Source: Cyanophora paradoxa CCMP329
Taxonomy: Eukaryota; Plantae; Glaucophyta
Assembly: GCA_004431415.1 (NCBI GenBank)
Contig: QPMI01000441.1
Coordinates: forward strand, 35,957-99,956
Reading direction: 5' to 3'
Length of the DNA: 64,000 nt
The translations under genes and the position numbers were made by a program. Below are positions 51,388 through 61,807 of this stretch, in pieces (position 1 is the stretch's first letter; every line of letters begins with the position of its first letter). The notes beneath the pieces were generated by a model. The model was not told where the DNA came from, made no database searches, and saw only the letters and a program-made list of their open reading frames with translations.

Positions 51388-54238
51388 ATGATTGCTGACG
51401 TTTTCGCGGTGCCGCAGAGCCCCTGCCCCCAGATATGCGGCGACTGGATACGACGGTATGTAAACGCCACAGAAACGACGTGCCAAACAGATCTAGACTG
51501 CCATACGCAGAACCCACATGCTGCCCTTCTTGAATTACAGGCATCGAAGTCGACTATGGCAGCCTTGTCGGCAGCGTCAGCCGCCATCAATGCTACGCTT
51601 AGGTAACAGGCGCAGCAGAGCTCGAGCAAGTGCAGTTTGGCGTTCTTACTCGTTCTTACTCGCAGAGCAATCATCGCAACGGACCCCGTGAACTTCGCTG
51701 ACCCAAACAAGCAAGTGTGCCTTCTTCTGATAGGCCTAGTTCAGCTTCACGGTCGTCCTCTAGCCTTGCGTGCTTTCCGGTGCGAATGCGCGGCGTTGCC
51801 TTCATCGCTGCCTGCCGGCTCTGTGTCTGAAGCTGTCGATCTTTCTGATCTGGCAGGGCGTGTGCCGACCTGCCAGACGGAGAAGTCGAGAGGCTCGAAT
51901 CTGATTTACGTGTACATGCATATGATTGCAATTCGCACATGCACGTCCCAGATGGCGCTGGATCATTCAGTGTGGATCAAATCGAAAGAGCGCACGTATT
52001 CAACTGGTCTCTTCTTTTCAGTCAGATCTTCGCGTTTCTTCGCCAAGGCCGGATGGCTCTGGATTCACAATGGAGTCGGTTCATCGAAGCACGAGATAGC
52101 GATTGTGCTGGGGCTTGGGGATCTTCGTCATTGTCAGTGCTCTCGCAAGTTGAAGATGTGTCTCCGTCCGAAATGTAAGTAGTAGTGTTATGCTTGGAGT
52201 GAAATGATTGATTCTTTTTCAGGTTTATCTTCCGTGCTCTTTCGGATCCTATGGGGATAGGGTCGTCTTCTATGGTGCATGATAACTGGCCATCTTCAGA
52301 ATTGCAAGAATCTCGCGATGTACCTTTCTCTATCGGTCTGTCACATTACAATGTAGTTCAATCTGTAGCATACAATCATGTTTGGCGCACAGTGGACATC
52401 AATTCTCACCGGAAGGACATCGATGATAAACTGAGTCAGCTCTGCGACGGTTTCAAGTTTGTGACGCTCTCGCATGCGGGGAGCGCGTCTGATCTGGAGT
52501 CAGTCGTCAATGAGATAGCGTGCCTGGTACGCAGTCAATTCTCTTGTGCAATTGTGGATCCGTTTCTTCTGATTTCGTCACCAGCTTGCACGCACTGCAA
52601 AGCTAAAATGCCCTTTGGGGGCGTATGTGTGGACTAAAGGCTGCTGGGGAACGTCAAGGGCGCTCTCGGGCCGAATGTTCGAAATCGAAGGCGGTCGCCA
52701 GCACCAGCAAATGCCATCAATGGACGGTAGACTGTGTTAACCTTTATTTTGTCCGTCGACTTCAACTCTTGACCGATCAGGGAAACCCACCTTGTTATCC
52801 CGTGTGTGTACGATAAACTTCCTCCCGACCAGCAAATGCCCGGAAACAATCAAGCACACTTCGCCATTTCTCAAATTCGGAAGGTATTCATTAACATGTG
52901 CGCCTGATTCCGCTGAAGTGGTCCCGACCTTCGACTTAGATAATAGAAGAACGCCGAACGAGCGCGAAATCCATCACTGTACAGGAGCTTGAGAGCTCGC
53001 ATCCCTTTGCAAAGCTTCCTATCAAGGTCAGTTGGAATCACGGTCCGAGCAGCATTCTGGTTCTGTTTGGAACCGAATCTTTTAGGTTATCATCATGGAG
53101 GCAGTTCAAATGGATTCTTTTGACGGAATCCGGTTCATTTCGAAGGAATTTCTTATCGAGTTATCGAAGCTTAGCAAGGAATTCGGAATCGCACTGTTGG
53201 TCGACGAATCAATAACAGGTGAGCAGCTGTACATGTGTGCGCGCATAACAGGGAGAGTGACAATGTCCGCACTTCACGCGCAGCCATGTGTCGTACAGCG
53301 AAGTCTTTCTTCGCATTTGAACAGTTTGTGAGCACTGTGCAGAACTCGAATACGAAGGACGAGATTCTTGTGCACGGCGTGCTTACGGGGAAAACGATGC
53401 TTCCGTCGTGTATTCTCGTGCGCGCTCAGCATTGTTCGCTCTCGCCGAGGGCATTGAGAGCATCAGGCGTGATGCAGGTAAAAGAAATGCCTGGTGGAGT
53501 AGATCCATGGAAGCGGACGTTCAACATTCCAGCGGAAGAATTTGCAAATGATGTTTTTGCCGGTACGATTTCACACTTGTAGTTTTCTGAGAAACACTTT
53601 CATTGCCTCTCTGCAGAGTATATAACTGTGCAGCCGTATCGTGACGCTTTGATCAGGACATCTTGTGTTTTGGATAAAAGTTCGTGTTTGTGTCCTAATC
53701 GTTACCACCTCTCATGCATATCCTCTAGTTTGCAAAATGCGCACTCGATGTCCAGACTTCTTCCAAAGCCTTGCAGCTCTGTCGACCAAAATTTTCCATC
53801 TCTTTGAGGACTTCGAATTTGGCCTGCGAGCTTCGCTTTGGAGGCGACGGAAATCTTCTATCCGTCCGGCCGCTTGGCTAGCAGCTCGGGAAGTCTCCCG
53901 CTACTCGGATTGCGATCTATCCTACAGTACATCCGTAAATGACATCAAATACGAGGCGGGGCAAGCAGTTTCGCATGCCGGTACGATTATAGTGTATTGC
54001 TTTTCATAATTTTCTGCGAAAGCGCATTTGTTTGCTTTTCATTAATTTTTGCGCCTGTGCAGGATTCCTGTTCGCAGTGCCGACTGTTGTCGCAGACAAT
54101 TTGCCCCAGTTCATTTACACGCGCATTGCCCAATGCGAAGTAGCATCTTATCATCGGTACATTTTTCCAATCGATTGCAATTTCCAGAGGCTGGTGCAGC
54201 GATTTGCACGTGCCAAGCGTACAAAACTATCGCTTTAG
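51388..54238 (+). CDS. Divergent class III PLP-dependent aminotransferase-like protein with an N-terminal extension, multi-exon
   Basis: IGLSHYNVVQSV (LGHxHPxVV-like), HAGSASDLESVVNEIACL|LAR (SGSEAxE..LAR-like), GCWGTSRALS, VIIMEAVQ..EFLIELSKLSKEFGIALLVDESIT|AMCRTAKSFFAFE..VLTGKTM (PLP Asp and Lys), RYIFPI. One junction near 52730-52950 is unresolved and the start is uncertain. Confidence 0.68.
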
Positions 54239-54369
54239 ATGGTAAAGTCTATTTTTTAAGAAGAACGAGCGCGCTTGGGCTTGACCGCACTTGGGCTTGC
54301 AACAGGGTCCTCGAATGCCCTACGGCGAAACCAGCGCGCGCTGTCAATGCATCGTCTGTCAAGAGTAAG

Positions 54370-57300
54370 CTAATCTTCGAACCGTACGCGTGGAGTGTGT
54401 CGTGATTCCGAACATACACAGCCAACAAGATCCGATCTCATCAATGACTCCAGGCCCCAGCGAGCGGCTCTCTCGCAAGGCTTAGCGATGCTGCTCTCGA
54501 AATCGTCCCAAGTAATGCGAAAATCGTACATGGCCTGCGAATGGGTGTGTGGGATGTTAGTTAAAAGATGGGGATCGAACAAAGATCGGGCAACATTACC
54601 CGAACAAGCATATTGTGATTGTTCATATACGCCTCGGCGGCGGGCATCCATTGTGTATCCTCGATTATTTGCATAGTTTTCTCCCACTGAAGATAGCGAA
54701 GCACTGTGAGTATAATGGCGCGCGCGGGTGCCCATGGCCAGCAAAATTGCGCACATCGTGCACAATGCCTGCCACGTTGAGGCAGCTTCCTAGAGAGCCC
54801 TCCCTTGTCTTCCGCATCAGGTAATCCATGGCATCGACACCGGGCGCCACCTCGGGATACGAGGAGTAATACGGCGCTAGTGTGTGTGCAGCTTGCTTCA
54901 GAAGTACCTCGGCCATTAGACGGTTTCGGTACAAATGCTGAACGAGATTCTGAGTAAATTAACAGGCCAGGCTCTGATATTGATCATCTTTGTCTTACCT
55001 TCAACATGCATTGGTCCTGCTTCGGAAGGCGGTTGCAAGAGCGAGCTTCAGTGTACGGATGACGTACATATTCCTGAATCGTGTGCACAGAAGGCACAGG
55101 ATCAAGCATCCAACTCTTGAGAATTCCGGTGTCATGATGAGGAAATAGTGTTCTGAAAGTGTCACCGAGGCGTTTGTGGTGACGATTGAATATGTGTCGA
55201 TACGGATGCCCTGGGGCAACAATTGGCTCGAGGCGCATGTTTCCACGGAAACCGCCAACTTGGTAAGGAACCCAGCCATCACGCGCATGCGACGCGTACG
55301 AGCCTTTCCAGGTCTTTGCGTCGAGGAAGCAGTCAAGACTATTTTTGAGTTTGTGTGCACGGACGCCGACAGCAGGAGCTGGGACGGGCAAGGTCGCCGG
55401 ATAGTCTTGTGAAAAGAACGAAACTTGATGCCGGGCGTGTTCTTCCAAGTTGCCTTCGTCCGGCCAAACGCCAGAACCGACAGCAAGAGTGCGCTGATAA
55501 GGACTCTTGAAAGGGGGGAAAACCTTGCACGCCTTGCAAGGGAGTCTGATTTCGTTATATTCCATAAAGATTGTTCGACAGTCCTGTCCGCGAGAAATCC
55601 AGCTGGCGCAATCCGCAGGGGTCATCGTTGGGAACAACTTCCCGAACATGCTTCGTGTTGACCGGTCTTGAATACGTGTTTGGAATCGGGAATTCGCAAC
55701 TATGTCTTTCGAGTGCGCAGAAGAAGGTGAAAACGTTGAGCCGTCACCAAATGCAGGGGAATCCGGATTGAGAAGAATTACGTCATCATCAGCTTGTTTC
55801 TTTGGAGGAGTCGAGCACCTGGAATTCGGGTCCAAATTACCGGCAGTGATCGACAATTCACGATGCTCAAGCTCACCCTTTGCCCGCGTTCTCGGACAGT
55901 AACGGCACTTCGCCAGTTGCCTCAGTCGAAAGATTTGCAACGACGTCGAAATCGGGGTTTGAGTATACATCGTCATCGCTCAAAAGAGCAGCAGAAGCTC
56001 TTGCCCTGGGCAAATCATTTCCAATTCTGCACACACGATAGCCTGAGCGAGCGTTGATAGCAACAGAAACAAAAATCCACACCCGGTGCCATCGCTGTCG
56101 ACTGTCAGCGTGACAGCGGCGGGCAAGGCCGGTCTGGTGACTTCAGACATCGTATCGGCCAGCGACATTACCTCGCTATCAACGTCATTGCCAGTTGATG
56201 CCTGTTGCGGACGAAACGGGAATAGCTGCAAAGCTTTGGCGACACTCTCCTTGAGCATTCTGAAGGCCATTGCTGACGAAAGGCCTACGTATACCGGGCT
56301 GAAGAGGTGTTGGGCTGACTTCAATGTGGCGGGAAGAGTGGCGCATACTGATCGATACCCCCCGCAAGCAGTTGGACCCCCCCCCCCCCCCGCCCTCCCC
56401 CCCTCTTTGCGAGTTTTTCGACGCGTACAAGAACAACCCGAAGATGAAGCAGGCCTAAGCCGACGTCTTCATGTGGTGCGTGCAGCAGGCCAAGAAAGTT
56501 ACAGTTATTTCGCATCAGATGCACTCGCATGCACATATTCCAAAGCTATTTCGTCCATATCGCGGTCGTTGTAGTCATACAAACTTCTTCTCCTTCGTTG
56601 ATGTCGCGCAATGCGAAGAATGCGATGCCAAGTTCGCCGTTTGCTGGACTCGAGACGTTCGTGGATACCACTCTGCGTTGTCATGATTAGTCAGCACCCG
56701 AACACAACAGGCTTAGTGAAGCAAACGAACAAAGGAATAAGATTTGCCGATCCCTTCGGACCGTGATTAATTATTCTAGCAAGACCATTCCCTGTTGTCG
56801 CATCGAGGCTGCGTACGGTTCGAAACTGCGCCTCTCAAGAGACCAAAAGCATAAGAAACGCACGCAAAGTGGCGAGAACCGATTGTAAATTCGTAAAGAT
56901 AATAGTGGCCGCCACGTTGCTGCAGTTTCTTTCGTAATGTGTTTATGCTTGCAAGACCACGAACGAGGTGGCCTCGATAGACAGAAATGAGCTTCACGCA
57001 GCAGTGAGTAGAGCGTTTTTTTTGTATAAATCTCTGAGCAAGAAGAATGCGCAACTGTTCCAATTACGATACGCTTGGCTGCAATTGCACCCATTCCCTT
57101 TGGAGGTCCGAAATTGCAAGGGCGCAACAAATCTGATTCGTATCGGGAGAGTGCCTCCTCTCCAGCTGCGATGAGGTTTCGGGCAGCTTGGAGCATCTCT
57201 CTACTGATGGTGAGGACGACCGAGTTGACGAGTGTTGGAATCGAACGAGAATTGCGTGTTCGGGAAGCCTCCTCTTCGAGGAGTTTGCGGTATTTGCTTG

Positions 57301-60300
57301 CGAGTCGAGGTGGAAGATCCGGTGGCCGCCAGAATGTCAAATCTGCCTGAGCGTTCCGTGCGATAAAAAGCTTAACTTGTACCGATGCATTAAGGTGCCG
57401 ATGATACAAAATGACATGAAGACGTGCAAGAGCGTCTTTAGCGGTCTTCGTATTCCCCAGCTGTGCTCGGCTGTTGTGCATGTAGAAGGAGACGAAGCGA
57501 TCGGGATTCTTTTCCAAAAACGCAGTAAAATACTCAACACACGATACGTTCAGCGTCTGCAAAATATGAACGGTCAGCCATTATATGTATAGGTAAATGA
57601 CTTCATTTCGGAAAGAACCTCGTCATTCTCTCCGGCATTGAATCCAATGCAACTAGGCATTGATTCAATGAGATCGACGAGTTTCTTGAAAGCTGAAATG
57701 GAGATTTTCCAGCCATGTGCTAGAATAACTTTTGTCACATCGTTGCCCTTGAATGCTTCGTATAAATCGACGACCTTCACGAGCGCAAGTTTCAGAAGAA
57801 CGCGGCATCTTCATCTGCATGCCTACCTCTGTGTCTTGTACGGGATGAGATTTATTGACGAGTTTCAGGATTTCAGGGAACTTTCTTGACTCTCGTGCAT
57901 CGGTTATCATTTGTGAAAGCTCTTTGTTCAGTCGAGTGTTTCGCACGGGACGACATCGGGTGTCTGCTTGTTGTAATTAGAATACGCAAGTAACATGCAC
58001 TAGAAGCTTCTAGGTCTAACTATAATCAGCGGGCTTCGGCGGGATCACTGATCTACTTTGCTGCTAGCCTTTGCCCCTTTTGTTTTGCCGCTAGCGCTGC
58101 GGCGTCGGCCGCGGCCTCTGCCGCGGCCTCTGCCGCGGCCTCTGCCGCGGCCTCTGCCGCGGCCTCTGCCGGTTGATTCTTCGCTGGACAATTCGGTCGC
58201 AGCATCACGAGCCAGCTCACGCTTCTCTGAGACCGAAGCATGCTCGCCGCCCTCCTCGCCTTGCTCGCCGCCCTCCTCGCCTTGCTCGCCGCCCTCCTCG
58301 CCTTGCTCGCCGCCCTCCTCGCCTTGCTCGCCGCCCTCCTCGCCTTGCTCGCCGCCCTCCACGCCCTCCAGCATTGGACCTTTAAAAAAAGGTAATGTTT
58401 TCAAGCCCGATAAAGATGCGAATGCGAATATGAACGCCCACCTTTCTTATCGGCTTTTTCCGTTCTCCTCCTCTTGAGCTCCCTATCATCTTCATCTGCG
58501 GGAATAGCATCGTTCAGTTGTAGCGCCGCGATTAGCGGAGCTAAATAAGAAGATGAACCGGCAGAATCCGGAGCTGCCGTGATAGTGAGCATTTGACTAT
58601 CAGGTCCGTTCAAATTTTGGCAGGGCAAGGACCTGATTTGGAAATCGAGCTCGGGCCGGCCACGGGGGCAGGAACCTGCGAAGACTTCTTGACCCATTCG
58701 TCCAGTTCCTTCCGGTCGAAAAAACGTCTTTTGAATGTGTCTGGTCCTGATGAGCGAAAAATCTGGTTAAAGCCTCCGAATTGGAGTTCAGCGAAGAGCT
58801 CACCAAGAGCTTGAAGTTGATCCTCGAAGTATTTGGGTTCGAGGAAATAAGCAGGGCGGTCTTCCGAGCTGAACTTCGCATCTTGCTTCGGAAGGAGATC
58901 ATCAGCTTCTTTGAGCTCGTCGAGAGTCCAGAAGCCCACTGCAATAAAAGAATCATATAATTGTTAGCAAAAGTTTGGAAACCTCTAGAGAATTGCATGT
59001 TATCAAGCAAACGAACCGTGAAACGAAGGCTTGATTGCGTTCAACGAGTCCACAACCTCGCGTTCTGCACGAGAGAGCTTTCCGCCAAGCATGCTCTTGC
59101 GGACGAGTGGATGGTATCCGACCGCGCCGAATATCACATCAATGTTTGGCTGGTCTGGAACACCGAATTGGGTTTCTGGTTCGTCGTCTTCTTCCGCATC
59201 CTCGCGACCGATGGCAAGCTGCGGCACGAGCACTCGTGTGATGCGGCCGAACAAGGCGCTTGATATTGCCCATCTGCGCGTGCGTTATTTTAGATTGTCG
59301 AAGTGATTGAAGGCATGCGTAATGGCGCACTTGCCGAAGGCATGAAGAATCTCTGTAGCGAGAGGCCCATCAAAGAATCGATTTTCTTTGAACATGTTCA
59401 TCTGCACGATTTCACCGGATTGCATGAACTTTGTAGAGCTGTAGGTCCATGGCCAGTCAAGAAAAACAAAGCCTGGCAAGGACGCAAATGTGCGTACACC
59501 ATCCTTATGCACAGGCGATACATAAGCCGAGCCTTCGACATCTTCTCGCCACGCTTCGCGTGGCGGGTGTGGATAACCGTAATCTGCGTCTCGGCATTTT
59601 CATCCCTGTAGCGGTGTCACCGGACGCAACAGGACATGTTAAGTAGAGAAGGCGCACAGCGCGTTGTGGACAACAAGGGCCTGCGGACACGTCTGGAAAA
59701 TTTCTTTGGCAAGGCCCATGCAATGCTCACACTCCTCGAACGAAACCATGTGTTCTTTGTGCTTGTGTTTGGAAATCTGCTTGATCTTCGTGTTCGCCTC
59801 TCGCATATCATAAGCGGCGAAGCCATAGTACATGGCGTTGTAGTCCTCTTCCGTTACCTGGTCGTCCACCCCGAGGCCCTCTGCTTTCTCTGTAGCCGGG
59901 CGCGAATCGTAGGACATAAAGAAAGCAGGCTGGAGATTCATTAAGAATAAATAAAGAAGTCTTCAAGCCTACCAAGAATGCAAAACGCACCAAGCCTTTC
60001 AAAGACGAAATAATTTCATTCTTCTCTTTCATGTTGTAAAACTTGAGCATCTGCTTCTTGTGGATGTCCTTCACCTCGTCGCTCGACAACTCCGGTCCAG
60101 AAACTGAAGCGATGGAGGTTACAAGGAATCCCAAACACAAAACAGGACTCACAACAAAAAAGTGTTGTTCCTGGCACAGAAGCCTTCAGCGCCTTCATCA
60201 CAGGCCGAACCTTCGTGTTGGTCTGGGTGAACCACAAGTCAGATCACAGGCCGTAAAGCATGAAGGATATAAAGATTGAGACCTCGTACACAGGTGCCAA

Positions 60301-61807
60301 AGAAACGCCGATTACTGATGAAGCGGTGAACCCGTGTTTCTCAGTGGACACGGCGCACATCGCGTCGACAATATGATCAGGTTCAGCAGCGTTCTGACGG
60401 AGCACACCGAGTGGCTCCGAAGTGAACCCCTTCAAAATATGCTCTCCATTGGAACGCGTTGCAAGATGTCCTCTAGAAGAGCATGGAAAACCTGTTGGCA
60501 CATACGAGATCTCAAGGGACGGATTCTGAGAAAGACAAACATGAAGAAACGCACAGAGCCATTCCTCGCCTGGAGAAAATCCACTGTAGGACCCGCGGAT
60601 CGAGGCAATTTGTAAAGCTTGCGAAATTCCGAGTCAGACTTCGCCGGTGGTCCACAGTTCTGGTTCGGCTGTTTCCTGTGTCAAGACAGGGTGAGCAGTA
60701 CGTCGACTTGCACCTGCCACGATGAATAAGTAGCGAATACGATCGCTTAAACTGCAGAAGCGCTTAACTTCTGCTTACCACTTATTGCCACAGCTGACAA
60801 CTCGCTGACCTTCGGGCACCAAGAGCCCACACGCCGAACAAACGGCGTTCTCCGCAATGTTTTCAATGAAACTCGAAATCGGTTGTGCAGCCGAGACAGC
60901 AACAGCATCCGGGGCTGTGAATCGAGGTTTGAAACGGAATTCTTTTAACTATCTCTGACAAACGTGCACCTGCAATTTCACGACGTCCGTACTTCTCAAA
61001 ATGTGTTTCATACTCTTGCAGTTCCTCTTCATCCCATGGTTCTGGCTTCTTGGCTGAGAAACAGTCAGAAATGCAAATCCCACATTGCCACTGCAAAACT
61101 GTCACGGAAAACGCACGTTCGAAGGGAGCTTTCCCGGCTCTTGAGGGTGTGGGCGAGGAAGATGGCGAGCGATGGGGCGTAGAAGAGCCGCCGGGCACGG
61201 GCGAGGTGGAGCCGGCCCCCGCCGCCAGTGGCGCCTTCTCCTTCTCCTTCTTTGCCCTTTTCTCCCTCGCCATCGCAACCAAACGCTTCGAACACGTCAA
61301 AAGCTCGTGCGTCGATTTACGAAGCTGAGCCAGCGCCTCCCTGCATTTGCTGATTTCCGCATCGGTGGTAGCGACTTCGAGACGCTGTTTCAAGTCTACG
61401 ATGCTCGAAAAAGAGTGTGAGAAACGAGCCATTAAAAAATCGCCTTGCAACTCCCGAAAGAGTTGGTCTGCTTCTTGATTCATCCGATTTGCCTCGGGTT
61501 GGGCTGGTCCTGCCGCTGGTGCTTGGCTGGTGGTTGGTCTCCGCCAGGTTTGTCGAAATCCGCTTGCGGCGCAGATGGGATACGGAGGCACTCGCATCAG
61601 CGCTAGCTGCACCCCGGATGCTCCGGCCGCGGGTCCCTCCAACGGTAATATTCCAGCAGAAAGGTTTTCGGCTCCACCTGAAGACAAATCAGCCAAGACC
61701 AGCGCGATCCAAGACGATCCACTAGTGTGGCCGGGTACTGTCTGAAAGTTGGGCTGTTTCTGCGAGAGAATTGACATCCTGTTGTATTTCGGGATCATGA
61801 TCAGCAT
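54370..61807 (-). CDS. Large multi-exon protein (possibly two genes): coiled coil, PHD-like Zn finger, possible GNAT, acidic/RG repeats, RNI-like region, PR-Set7/SET8-like SET with a 1-nt frameshift, unknown C-terminus
   Basis: CSAC..CGNK|WC..YC..C ... EEWLC|FPC. YYGFAAY..QITVIHTRHAKRG. (EEGGEQG)n and (RG)n repeats. LYEAFKGN..IGFNAGEN. SET: KGMGAIAAK..LISVYRGHLV..YYLYEF..FA|LDATTGNGLARIINHG..IAFFALRDINEGEEV / LYDYNDR. Confidence 0.62.
58108..58360 (-). repeat. Coding tandem repeats: 12-bp unit x5 (RGRG) and 21-bp unit x~5.5 (EEGGEQG)
   Basis: gccgcggcctct repeats at 58108-58170 and ttgctcgccgccctcctcgcc repeats at ~58240-58360, in frame in ORF 58045-58404. Confidence 0.9.

Noticed and set aside
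54530-54760. 2OG-Fe(II)/TET-like motif (GHGH ... IPH ... RIT)
   Set aside because: The His-containing stretches fall in predicted introns (gtgcgc..cag and gtaatg..ctaac..cag).
56771-57562. Tyrosine recombinase in the 263-aa ORF
   Set aside because: No R-K-H-R-H-Y series. The region is better explained by RNI-like and SET exons in different frames.
59440-59500. FVFLDWPW as a DPPW-like adenine methyltransferase motif
   Set aside because: It lies in a clear intron (gtacgc...ttgac...ctacag) on the minus strand, and no motif I is nearby.
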